Positions 53,218 through 62,435 of a stretch of 64,000 nt of DNA are shown here, piece by piece. Position numbers and translations under genes: made by a program. Each line of letters opens with the position of its first letter. Within the stretch, counting starts at the first letter, position 1. The notes under the pieces were generated by a model that was not told the DNA's origin, made no database searches, and saw nothing but the letters and a program-made list of their open reading frames with translations. Origin of the DNA: Parcubacteria group bacterium (lineage in GTDB: Bacteria > Patescibacteriota > Microgenomatia > UBA1400 > PJMF01); contig CALQZX010000002.1 in the NCBI GenBank assembly GCA_943350175.1, forward strand, positions 2,061 through 66,060. The letters run 5' to 3'.

Positions 53218-54240
53218 ATGTCTACTAAGCAAGCTATTGCTCTCAGCATTCAGTCTAATTTTTTAGTCTACACCGCTCCCAGTGGTAAAACTAAAGTGGA
53301 AATTTTTCTCAAGGATGAAAATTTGTGGCTGACGCAAGAAAAGATTGCGCAGTTGTTCGGTATTCAAAGACCAGCGGTCACCAAACATCTAAGAAATATT
53401 TTTGCTGAAAAAGAATTGAAAGAAAATGCAGTTAGTTCCATTTTGGAACATACTGCCAATGATGGAAAGATATATCAAACTAAATTCTACAATCTAGACG
53501 CCATTATTTCCGTTGGTTACCGTGTGAACTCTCGCCAAGCTACTCATTTCCGCATTTGGGCGACAGAAAGACTCAAAGAATATATCATCAAGGGTTTCAC
53601 TATGGATGATGAGCGACTCAAAAATCCTCAACACATTTTTGGCAAAGACTATTTTGACGAGCAGCTAGCCAGGATTCGTGACATTCGCTCTAGTGAGCGT
53701 CGATTTTACCAAAAAATCACTGATATTTATGCGCAGTGCAGCGCTGATTATTCTCCAGACGAAAAAATTACCAAACAATTTTTTGCCACTGTGCAGAATA
53801 AGTTGCATTGGGCAGTGACCAAGCAAACCGCCGCTGAAATTATTGCTCGTCGCGTTGATAGTAGTAAGCCAAACATGGGTTTAAAAACTTGGAAAAATGC
53901 TCCGCTCGGTAAAGTTCGCAAGCCAGATATTGGAATTGCTAAAAACTATTTAAATGTTGAAGAGTTAGACAATCTCAATCGCATTGTTAGCATGTATCTT
54001 GATTATGCGGAGCTTCAGGCTAAAAATGGGCAGATTATGTACATGCAGGATTGGGTAAAGAAGCTCGATTCGTTTTTGCAATTTAATGAGCAGGAAATCC
54101 TGAAAGATGTGGGTAAAATTTCTCATCAAGTGGCCTTGGATTTAGTCACAAAAGAATTTGATAAATTCAGTAGACGCGAAGATCAGCTGGTGGAATCTGA
54201 TTTTGACAGACTCTTAGATTTAGAGAGAGAAAAGCCCTAG
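53218..54240 (+). CDS. RhuM-family (virulence-associated) protein
   Basis: FYNLDAIISVGYRVNS..ATHFRIWATERLKEYI is the conserved RhuM core. Confidence 0.6.
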   Translation: MSTKQAIALSIQSNFLVYTAPSGKTKVEIFLKDENLWLTQEKIAQLFGIQRPAVTKHLRNIFAEKELKENAVSSILEHTANDGKIYQTKFYNLDAIISVGYRVNSRQATHFRIWATERLKEYIIKGFTMDDERLKNPQHIFGKDYFDEQLARIRDIRSSERRFYQKITDIYAQCSADYSPDEKITKQFFATVQNKLHWAVTKQTAAEIIARRVDSSKPNMGLKTWKNAPLGKVRKPDIGIAKNYLNVEELDNLNRIVSMYLDYAELQAKNGQIMYMQDWVKKLDSFLQFNEQEILKDVGKISHQVALDLVTKEFDKFSRREDQLVESDFDRLLDLEREKP

Positions 54241-54332
54241 TCATCCTTGCTTTTTTCGCCTAAAAATGAGATAAACACTCTGGAAGTTTATGTTTAGTTT
54301 AGGCCAAGGCTCTTTTTGAGTCAGCATTATAT

Positions 54333-56156
54333 ATGTCGCAAATTCGTGAAATCAAAGAAGCCAACAATATTGTTGAAGTAATTAGTGAGAAAATTAGACT
54401 AGATTCTAGTGGCATTAATTTCAGAGCCTGCTGTCCTTTTCACGGTGAAAAAACTCCTTCATTTTTTGTTAATCCAGGCTTGCAGCGCTATCGCTGCTTT
54501 GGTTGTGGAGCTAACGGCGATGTCTTAGATTTTTTACAAAATTTTGAAGGCGTGACTTTTTATGAAGCTCTCAAAACTTTGGCAGATCGCTGCGGGATTG
54601 CTCTAAAAGAATTCCAGCGCACTAAGGATGATGAAGAGCGCGAAACGCTCCTCGAAATTTTAAATTTAGCCAAAGAATATTATCACTTTTTATTAACCAA
54701 ACACGAAGTCGGTCAAGTGGGTAGAGATTATCTGCAAAATCGTGGCTGCAATGTTGAATCAATTAAAATTTTTCAGCTTGGCATCGCCACTAATTCTTGG
54801 GATTCTTTGCTTAAATATTTACACCAAAAAAAGAATTATTCGCTAGATTTGATTGAGAAAACTGGCTTAATTATCAAAGGTAGAAATGGTGGTTATTACG
54901 ATCGTTTCCGCGAGCGTTTGATTTTCCCTCTCAAAAATCACCGTGGACAGGTAGTTGGCTTCTCTGGTCGTTTGCTCAGTCAGTCAGCCAAAGAGGCCAA
55001 ATATATTAATTCACCAGAAACCATGCTCTACCACAAATCCAAGATGCTTTATGGTTATAGCGAACTTTTTAGAGAAATCAAAAAAGCAGAACAAGTTATT
55101 GTAGTAGAAGGTGAATTCGACATGATCTCGTCAGCTCAAGCTCACGTAAATAATGTAGTGGCTATCAAGGGTTCAGCTTTAACTCAAGACCAGGTAACTT
55201 TGTTGGCTAGAGTAGCTAAAACTATTATTTTGTCACTTGATGCTGATGATGCTGGTGTCAAAGCCACTGAAAGAGCCATTGAAATAGTTAAGGAGAAAGG
55301 TATCGATCTTAAGGTAATTAATCTCAAACACTTAGCATCTCTTTCAGAAGAAGATAAAGTCAAAGATCCAGACGAATTGGCTAGAGAGAAACCAAAAGTT
55401 TGGCGTGAAGCGGTGGAATCAGCAGAGTCTGCCTATGAATTCTTGATGAGTCATGCTTTGGATTTATACGATCCAAAGACTCCAGATGGCAAGAGAAAAA
55501 TCATCAATCGTTTGGCTCCTATTCTGGAGACAATCGACCATGCTGTAGAAAAAGAATTTTATCTGCAAAAATTATCAGCCGCTCTCAATGTCAAAGAATC
55601 TTTGCTCAAAGAAGATATTAACAAATTTGGTCAGAAAAAGGCTGGTGCAATTACAGCAGAAAAACCAGTCACTAAGGAAGAGTTTGCTTCGAAAAATAGC
55701 AAGAGTTATCAAGAGCGCAATGAAGAATATTTATTATTCTTATTATTCAGTTTCCAGGCAGATTTGATTAAAGATAAGGCCGCTGCTTTGACTGATTTTG
55801 AATTTAGAAGTAATGGCTTTAAGCAAATACTTGAGAAACTTCTTATTTTTAATGGTAATTTTGATTTGCAGAGATTTGCGGCAGCTTTGGCCGAAGACTT
55901 GAAAAAGTCACTCATGGACGCTTTGCTCAACCCAGATCATGAGCAAAACTCCAAAGAAAATGATTTGGAAAAAGAATGGCAGTCGGTTCTGTCTAAAGTG
56001 AAAAAAGAATCTCTGCGTTATGAAATTGCCCAGATCAACGATGAAATTAGTAAACTAGACAGTAGCTTGCAGAGAACTCCAGATGAAGAGAGTAAGCTCG
56101 ATCAACTTCTTACCTTGATTGTCCAAAAACAATCTGCCATCAAGAAATTAAACTAG
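54333..56156 (+). CDS. dnaG: DNA primase
   Basis: zinc ribbon CPFHGEKTPSF...CFGCG; TOPRIM VVEGEFD...DAD. Confidence 0.85.
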   Translation: MSQIREIKEANNIVEVISEKIRLDSSGINFRACCPFHGEKTPSFFVNPGLQRYRCFGCGANGDVLDFLQNFEGVTFYEALKTLADRCGIALKEFQRTKDDEERETLLEILNLAKEYYHFLLTKHEVGQVGRDYLQNRGCNVESIKIFQLGIATNSWDSLLKYLHQKKNYSLDLIEKTGLIIKGRNGGYYDRFRERLIFPLKNHRGQVVGFSGRLLSQSAKEAKYINSPETMLYHKSKMLYGYSELFREIKKAEQVIVVEGEFDMISSAQAHVNNVVAIKGSALTQDQVTLLARVAKTIILSLDADDAGVKATERAIEIVKEKGIDLKVINLKHLASLSEEDKVKDPDELAREKPKVWREAVESAESAYEFLMSHALDLYDPKTPDGKRKIINRLAPILETIDHAVEKEFYLQKLSAALNVKESLLKEDINKFGQKKAGAITAEKPVTKEEFASKNSKSYQERNEEYLLFLLFSFQADLIKDKAAALTDFEFRSNGFKQILEKLLIFNGNFDLQRFAAALAEDLKKSLMDALLNPDHEQNSKENDLEKEWQSVLSKVKKESLRYEIAQINDEISKLDSSLQRTPDEESKLDQLLTLIVQKQSAIKKLN

Positions 56157-56183
56157 AATTTCCCAAAAATTGCCCCTTGTCAA

Positions 56184-56202
56184 TATACCCCCCTCCGGTA
56201 TA
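56184..56202 (+). promoter_or_regulatory. candidate CsoR-family operator: TATACC-CCCCTCC-GGTATA inverted repeat around a C-tract
   Basis: read directly, ~20 nt upstream of the regulator start and within its promoter region. Confidence 0.4.
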
Positions 56203-56222
56203 TATTAGTGCTATATAAAAAT

Positions 56223-56468
56223 ATGAATCAAGCTAAAAAAGACCCAGTCTCAGCAGCTCTCAACCGCATTCGTGGTCAAGTAGATGGCATCGCTAAGATG
56301 TATGAGGAGAAGCGTCCTTGCATCGAAATTGCTCGTCAATTGGCTGCCGTGCGCAATTCCATTTCCAGGGTTTCTAGAGATATTTTGACTGGTGAAGCAG
56401 GAGTTTGCTCCAAAGACACCGATCATAAACAGCTTGATTTAGTCCTTAAAGAATTACTTCGTTATTAA
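56223..56468 (+). CDS. CsoR/RcnR/FrmR-family (DUF156) metal- or persulfide-sensing repressor
   Basis: all-helical ~80 aa; LNRIRGQVDGIAKMYEEKRPCIEI...C pattern (sensing Cys positions). Confidence 0.6.
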   Translation: MNQAKKDPVSAALNRIRGQVDGIAKMYEEKRPCIEIARQLAAVRNSISRVSRDILTGEAGVCSKDTDHKQLDLVLKELLRY

Positions 56469-56503
56469 TTAATTTGTAAAAATTTATAAAAAGAAAGGCA
56501 ACC

Positions 56504-56830
56504 ATGCCAGCAGTTCATTTAGATAATAATAATTTCAAAGCAAGCGTCGAGGATGCTAAAGGTGTAGTTTTTGCCGACTTTTTTGCAGTTTGGTGCGGTC
56601 CATGTCAAATGGCTGCTCCAATTGTAGAAAAAATGGCTGATGATTATGCTGGCAAAGCCACTATCGTCAAAATTGATGTAGATGAAGCTCGTGAGCCAGC
56701 TTCCAAATATTCAGTCATGAGTATTCCAACCTTCATCGTTTTCAAAGATGGCCAAGAAGTGGATCGTCAAATTGGTTTTCCAGGAGAAGATGCTCTCAAG
56801 GCCATGGTCGACAAAGCTTTAAAGAGCTAG
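56504..56830 (+). CDS. trxA: thioredoxin
   Basis: WCGPC active site. Confidence 0.85.
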   Translation: MPAVHLDNNNFKASVEDAKGVVFADFFAVWCGPCQMAAPIVEKMADDYAGKATIVKIDVDEAREPASKYSVMSIPTFIVFKDGQEVDRQIGFPGEDALKAMVDKALKS

Positions 56831-56850
56831 TATATAAAATACAATTTAAT

Positions 56851-57864
56851 ATGAAAAAACTCAATCTTGCTATCATCGGTTCTGGTCCAGCTGGACTCAC
56901 CGCAGGAATTTATACTTCTAGAGCGCGCATTGAAACGACTCTTTTCTCTGGTATGGAGATTGGTGGCCAATTGATGTACACGACAGATATCGAGAATTTC
57001 CCTGGTTTTCCTGAAGGAAAATCTGGTCCTTTATTAATGATGGATTTACAGAAGCAAGCAGCTCGTTTTGGCACAGTTATTAAATACGAACAAATTACCG
57101 CAGTAGACTTTTCCAAGAAACCATTCGCTCTGTGGACAACTTTGCCAAGTGGTGTGGATCACAAGCAATTTAAATCGCTCAGTGGAGAAGAACTCCTCGC
57201 TGCAATGGCTGAGATTCGCAAAACCGAGCCAGCTTATCAAGCAGAGGCGATTATTATAGCCACAGGTGCTAGCAGCATTATGCTTGGAGTTCCAGGTGAG
57301 AAGGAATATTTTGGTCATGGAGTCAGTACTTGTGCAGTCTGTGACGCGGCTTTTTATAAAGATAAAAATGTTTATGTAATTGGTGGTGGTGATAGTGCGA
57401 TGGAAGATGCTATGGCCCTGACCAAGTTTGCTACATCCATAAATATTCTTTATCGCGGCGAAGCTTTTAGAGCCAGTAAGATCATGCAAGAAAGAGTTTT
57501 GGCGAATCCAAAAATCAAAGTGATTTGGAAGAGTAATCTCAAAGAAGTTTTGGGAGATGGCAAGGCAGTCAAAAGCATTAAAGTTGAAGTTGATGACCAG
57601 ATCCAAGAGTTGCCAGCAGATGGTGTCTTTTTGGCGATTGGTCATAAACCAACCACTAGTTTATTCACTAATCAATTAACCCTAGATAAGGGACAATACA
57701 TCGAATTAATTGCTCATGAAACTTATGCAACTGCCACCTCGGTAAATGGTGTTTTTGCGGCTGGAGATGTAGCAGATCACCGTTATCGCCAGGCGATTGT
57801 TTCTGCCGGCATGGGCACTCAGGCTGCTTTAGATGTCGAACATTATTTGGCAAATCTAGCGTAG
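56851..57864 (+). CDS. trxB: thioredoxin-disulfide reductase (with a ~35-aa insertion)
   Basis: FAD GSGPAG, redox CAVCD, NADPH GGGDSA, AAGDVAD. Confidence 0.8.
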   Translation: MKKLNLAIIGSGPAGLTAGIYTSRARIETTLFSGMEIGGQLMYTTDIENFPGFPEGKSGPLLMMDLQKQAARFGTVIKYEQITAVDFSKKPFALWTTLPSGVDHKQFKSLSGEELLAAMAEIRKTEPAYQAEAIIIATGASSIMLGVPGEKEYFGHGVSTCAVCDAAFYKDKNVYVIGGGDSAMEDAMALTKFATSINILYRGEAFRASKIMQERVLANPKIKVIWKSNLKEVLGDGKAVKSIKVEVDDQIQELPADGVFLAIGHKPTTSLFTNQLTLDKGQYIELIAHETYATATSVNGVFAAGDVADHRYRQAIVSAGMGTQAALDVEHYLANLA

Positions 57865-57876
57865 AATCAATCCATT

Positions 57877-58461
57877 ATGAATAGAAGAATTATTTTGGCT
57901 TCGCAGTCCAAACAGCGACTCAATCTTTTGCGTACTTTGCCTTTACCAATTGAAGTGATCCCTGCCAACATCAATGAGCAGGCAGTGCCTTTCACTGATC
58001 AATATGACAAGGCAGAAAAAATTGCTTTAGCCAAGGCACAAAAAGTTGCTAGTAATCAGCCAGACGCCATAATTATTGCTGCTGACACCTTTTGTTATTT
58101 AGAAGGCAGAATCCTTGAAAAACCAAAAAGCCTGGAAGAAGCCAAAGACATGCTGCGTTTTCAGTCTGGGAAAAAAATCGAAGTTCTGACTGGCTATGCT
58201 TTTTTGGATACCAAACTTAACTTACAAAAAAGCGGTTGTGAAAAAGTTTCGATGCAAATGCGTAAGCTAAGTGCTAATGAGATTGAGAGATATGTGGCTA
58301 ATGAGCCAGTCTTGACTTGGTCCGCAGCCTTTTCACCAGCTTATGACAGTGGCATGGCTTTAATCAAAAGTATTGACGGCAATTTAACAGCTTTTAGCCA
58401 TGGTTTACCAATTGATTTGCTTGTAGATTTTTTAGGCGTAAATTACGAAAACAACCACTAA
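57877..58461 (+). CDS. maf: Maf-family nucleoside triphosphate pyrophosphatase
   Basis: IILASQSKQR...IIAADT motifs. Confidence 0.7.
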   Translation: MNRRIILASQSKQRLNLLRTLPLPIEVIPANINEQAVPFTDQYDKAEKIALAKAQKVASNQPDAIIIAADTFCYLEGRILEKPKSLEEAKDMLRFQSGKKIEVLTGYAFLDTKLNLQKSGCEKVSMQMRKLSANEIERYVANEPVLTWSAAFSPAYDSGMALIKSIDGNLTAFSHGLPIDLLVDFLGVNYENNH

Positions 58462-59385
58462 GAACCAGAGAAAAACTGTCGTTAAAAGTGGCTTATCTTT
58501 GAGCAAAATATCTTCTGGAGACTCCCCTTTATTTTCTTCATAAATGAGTTGTAAATATCTCATTACTCCAAAAATAACGAACGGCAGTGTTAACATCAAT
58601 AATTTTTGTGATTGCAGGGTTTTTGGCAAAACGAAGTAAAGAGTCGGCAGTTTTTCATAGAGAAGATTTGCTCCTTGGCCAGTGTAGCTTTGGAAGGTAA
58701 AGATGGCATAGGTTAGCCAGGTAGAAGTGGCAAACATTGCCGTGTATTGATCTAGAAGTCGTTGACTATATTTTTTCAAACTTACTCTGGCAAATTCGAC
58801 ATGACTCTGACTAAGCAATGTTCGCTCGCTTTGTCTTTTGCCAACTGCCATAAACAAAGAGACAGAGATGACCGTCAATAAAAACCAAACGTTCATGTGT
58901 AGATTGACTACGACGGCGCCAGCGTAAACTCTTATCAAAAAGCCTGAGGCAATGGAAATAATGTCAAAAATGGCATATTGTTTTAATTTGGTTGAATAAA
59001 GTATCTGCAAACCAAGATAAGCCATGATTAGGATCTTAAAAAATGTAGGCAAACTAAGCGACAAAAAGAAAACAATGGTGAGGCCAGTTATGGCGCTAAA
59101 AACAGCAATTGGCACAGGCAATTTACCAGAGGCAATTGGCCTGTTTTTCTTAAATGGATGTTTGCGATCAGATTCTATGTCGATGATGTCGTTGACGAGG
59201 TAAATGCTGGAGGTCATGATACAAAAAATGAAAAAGGCAAAAGTTACGATGACGAAATAAGGCAGTTGTCCGCTTTCTTGATAGAAGAAAAATCCAGAAA
59301 ATAGCAGAGCAGCATAGATGGCCATATTCTTGAGCCATTGCTTTGGTCTAGCTGATTTGATTAGAAGAAAAAGTAGATTGTCCAT
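58432..59385 (-). CDS. UbiA-superfamily polyprenyl transferase
   Basis: NDIIDIESDRKHP...RPIASG motif; 8-9 TM. Confidence 0.65.
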   Translation of the reverse strand: MDNLLFLLIKSARPKQWLKNMAIYAALLFSGFFFYQESGQLPYFVIVTFAFFIFCIMTSSIYLVNDIIDIESDRKHPFKKNRPIASGKLPVPIAVFSAITGLTIVFFLSLSLPTFFKILIMAYLGLQILYSTKLKQYAIFDIISIASGFLIRVYAGAVVVNLHMNVWFLLTVISVSLFMAVGKRQSERTLLSQSHVEFARVSLKKYSQRLLDQYTAMFATSTWLTYAIFTFQSYTGQGANLLYEKLPTLYFVLPKTLQSQKLLMLTLPFVIFGVMRYLQLIYEENKGESPEDILLKDKPLLTTVFLWFLVVVFVIYA

Positions 59386-59392
59386 TTTTTGC

Positions 59393-60439
59393 TTATTTTT
59401 CTGTAAGCTTAGTATATATCAAAAAAGTGAAGACGATTAGAACTGCCAATGAAGTGACGATTATTTTGCCGGTAGTATTGAGATATAAGGATAAAATTCC
59501 CATCAAAGCGCTAGTCAAAATATAGAAAACAGCGATTCGCCTTTTTCCCCAACCATAATAATCCATTAGTTTGTGGTGTAGGTGACCTCTATCGCCCCAA
59601 AATGGAGATTTTCCTGCCAGAACGCGTCTTAATATGGTAAAGATGCCATCTGCTGTAGGAATGGCTAAAACCATGAGTGTCGCAGCAACTTTGGCTCCTG
59701 ACAAAATTGCCAAAATACTTAGGAAATATCCAGCCAATGAACCAGCTCCGTAGCCAGGCATGATTTTTTGTGGATAAAAATTCCAAATCAAAAGTCCCGC
59801 AAATGCTCCAGAAACGATCATTCCTAGATTGGTAACATTAAATTGAGTGGGGGCGTCGGCAAAGCGACTGGCAAGAATAGCAATGAAAAGACAAGAGACA
59901 GACACAAATCCAGGCAATTGGCCATCAACTCCCTTGGCCCAGTTAATAATATTCATGTTCCATAAAATAAAGAAAACGGCGAATAAGCTAGACAAAATCC
60001 AAATCGAATGATTTTCACCAAAGAGATTAAAATTAAATTGAGGTTGATTTAGATGAATGACTCCTGGTCCAAAAGGATTGCTGACGTAGGCAATGCCAAT
60101 TCCAGCGCCAACGACAATTAGGCTAGCTAAAAGACCAGTTATTAATCTAAGGTATGGACTTATATCGAAGACATCATCAATAAAGCCGACGATTGTAAGT
60201 AAAGATGCTCCGAGGAAAATTGCCAGGAGATATCTGTCGAAATCAAGAATTAAAGCAGCCGCAAAGAGCGTGGCGAAAAAAATTACCAGTCCTCCACCTC
60301 TCGGTACAGCCAGAGAATGGGTTTTTTTGGCATGTTTATTTTTTTTGGGATCATCTAACCAATTGTTTTTTCGATAAAGCCAAATGATTAGTGGAGAGAC
60401 AATTAAAGCAGCTAAAAAACTAATGAGAAAAGATAGCAT
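59393..60439 (-). CDS. MraY/WecA-family polyprenyl-phosphate sugar-1-phosphate transferase
   Basis: 10-11 TM; cytoplasmic-loop GFIDD motif. Confidence 0.6.
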   Translation of the reverse strand: MLSFLISFLAALIVSPLIIWLYRKNNWLDDPKKNKHAKKTHSLAVPRGGGLVIFFATLFAAALILDFDRYLLAIFLGASLLTIVGFIDDVFDISPYLRLITGLLASLIVVGAGIGIAYVSNPFGPGVIHLNQPQFNFNLFGENHSIWILSSLFAVFFILWNMNIINWAKGVDGQLPGFVSVSCLFIAILASRFADAPTQFNVTNLGMIVSGAFAGLLIWNFYPQKIMPGYGAGSLAGYFLSILAILSGAKVAATLMVLAIPTADGIFTILRRVLAGKSPFWGDRGHLHHKLMDYYGWGKRRIAVFYILTSALMGILSLYLNTTGKIIVTSLAVLIVFTFLIYTKLTEK

Positions 60440-60820
60440 CTAAGAAACTATTATAATGACTCTAAGGAGAATCGCCAAAGCCAAAAATTCTAAGAGTAGA
60501 GTGATCTGGATAAGCATTTTTAAAATATTAGCATTCATTTCTTTTTCAAAGTAAGCAATTGAAAGGTGGACAATATTCATAATTGCGCCAATGGCTGGTA
60601 GGATAAAAAGGAATTTTTTGTCTACCAACTGCTGATCACTTGGCAAAGAATAAAAAAGTGGAATTTCTTTTTGCAGGCTATTGTAAAAAATTAAGACAGC
60701 AAGTAAGCCGATTATATTTAAAAATATCGATAACGCGCCGATGAAGCGCAGGTCTTTTGGTAAAAAAAGTAAATAGCGTAAGCCAACTTTTTTCTTTTCA
60801 GTCCTAAAAGTTAAATCCAT
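60440..60820 (-). CDS. small 4-TM membrane protein
   Basis: 126 aa hydrophobic; sits between two transferase genes. Confidence 0.4.
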   Translation of the reverse strand: MDLTFRTEKKKVGLRYLLFLPKDLRFIGALSIFLNIIGLLAVLIFYNSLQKEIPLFYSLPSDQQLVDKKFLFILPAIGAIMNIVHLSIAYFEKEMNANILKMLIQITLLLEFLALAILLRVIIIVS

Positions 60821-60837
60821 ATTGTTTTATTGTTAGC

Positions 60838-62424
60838 CTATTGTCTCAAGTAGAGAGTCATGCTTTCAAATTGATCGTTGGGCAAGTAATATTTTCCTAA
60901 ATACTCTTCCAATTTTGGAAAGCTTTGATTCTCATTTTTCATGACAATTATCAATTTTGGTTGCTCCTTTTCCACTTGAGCGAAAGTTCGATCATAGTCA
61001 TCGAAGTCTTTGATGTGGAAGGAGACCGTAAAACGAGAAGTTGGAATGGTTTTGCTTTGTGCGTAAAGCAAGGGATTAGTTCCCCAGATGAACATTTTTC
61101 TAATGCCCATTTCGGCAATCATTTTGCTGACAGCACGATTGTCTTTGACCACTCCATCGAAAGAATTCTCGTACTCTTCTTTGTTTATTTGAGCGGTAGC
61201 GTATTTGTAGAATTGTTTATAGTATTTGGCTGTTGAATAAGGCCTAAATTTGAAACTAATCATGACGTATAGAGTTAAGGCAATTAGACCCAAGCTAAGG
61301 ACGAGGCTCTTACTTGTTTGAAGTAATTTCTTTTTATTAATTTCACTCAAAGTCACAATTATTTCTGCAATGAGCAATGCAAAGGCAGGCACCATCTGAA
61401 CAAAATAATGAGGATATGGTCTGCTGGAAAGCAGCACGCCGTAAAGGGTGAAAATAAAATAAAGGCTGATGAATTGTAGTCTTTTTTTTATTTGATCACT
61501 GTTTAGAGAAATTAATATAAATAAAGTGAATAAGATTATTGTCTTGCCAGTCATGCCAAAGGCAAAATTTATCAAGTTGTTGCCTAGGTCAATTGGCCAA
61601 GATTGGCTGTATCTAAAATTATAAAGCAAACCGTAATCTAAATAATCTTGTCCATGACCCTTGGCCACAAAATAAATAATTGAGAGAGCGATAGGTAAAA
61701 TTAATCCGGCCACAAAATACAGACCTCGGTTAAATAAATAGCCAAAAGTATTGCCAAGTTTCTTGAGATCGATTTTTTGGTCGAAAAAATTGCTAATTAA
61801 AATTAACCAAAAAACAGACAAGAAAGCAGCCGTATCTAAAATAGCTGGAACTTTGGTTAGAATACCAAGACCCATCATGAAACCAGCTGAAACTAGCAAA
61901 GCACTATCTTGCCAATTTTTTTGAAAAGAAGTTTCTTTTTTGAAAAAATTCTTAAAAATAGAGCTGTTGCTAAATAACACTGCTCCCGCCATGACAAAAC
62001 CCATAACGAAGAGTTCTCCATTTGGGATATTTCCCTCAAGCATCGGCAAAGTAGTTAGAATGACCATGATCAAGCTAGCTAGGAAAGCTAGACTGGTTTT
62101 TTTAAATAATTTTTTTGCAAAAGTAAAGAAAAAACCAGTGGTGGCGATCATCCAGAACAAATTTAAGATTCTGAAAGATAATTGGTCTGGAACCATGGCT
62201 AAGTAGTAGATAAGTGGAGTTTTATGATCAATGATGGTGGTGTAGAGTTGACCGCCTTCACGGAGTGCAGTACCAAGAGTTAGGTAAATGGCTTCATCGC
62301 CATACCAGTATGGTTCGAAAAAATTTGGTAAACGAAGAAGAACAATAACGACAAAAAGAGCTAAAAGAGGAACGTGTTTATCTAAAAAAACATCAATCTT
62401 TTTTAATAAAGAAATAAATTTCAT
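60838..62424 (-). CDS. GT-C-fold glycosyltransferase (ArnT/PMT-like, GT39/GT83-type)
   Basis: N-terminal YWYGDEAIY (DE motif in first loop), ~11 TM, C-terminal soluble domain. Confidence 0.6.
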   Translation of the reverse strand: MKFISLLKKIDVFLDKHVPLLALFVVIVLLRLPNFFEPYWYGDEAIYLTLGTALREGGQLYTTIIDHKTPLIYYLAMVPDQLSFRILNLFWMIATTGFFFTFAKKLFKKTSLAFLASLIMVILTTLPMLEGNIPNGELFVMGFVMAGAVLFSNSSIFKNFFKKETSFQKNWQDSALLVSAGFMMGLGILTKVPAILDTAAFLSVFWLILISNFFDQKIDLKKLGNTFGYLFNRGLYFVAGLILPIALSIIYFVAKGHGQDYLDYGLLYNFRYSQSWPIDLGNNLINFAFGMTGKTIILFTLFILISLNSDQIKKRLQFISLYFIFTLYGVLLSSRPYPHYFVQMVPAFALLIAEIIVTLSEINKKKLLQTSKSLVLSLGLIALTLYVMISFKFRPYSTAKYYKQFYKYATAQINKEEYENSFDGVVKDNRAVSKMIAEMGIRKMFIWGTNPLLYAQSKTIPTSRFTVSFHIKDFDDYDRTFAQVEKEQPKLIIVMKNENQSFPKLEEYLGKYYLPNDQFESMTLYLRQ

Positions 62425-62435
62425 ATTTCTTTAGT

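Noticed and set aside
60925-62206. Plus-strand ORFs 60925-61236 and 61940-62206
   Set aside because: Antisense to the GT-C glycosyltransferase gene, whose motif and topology are convincing.
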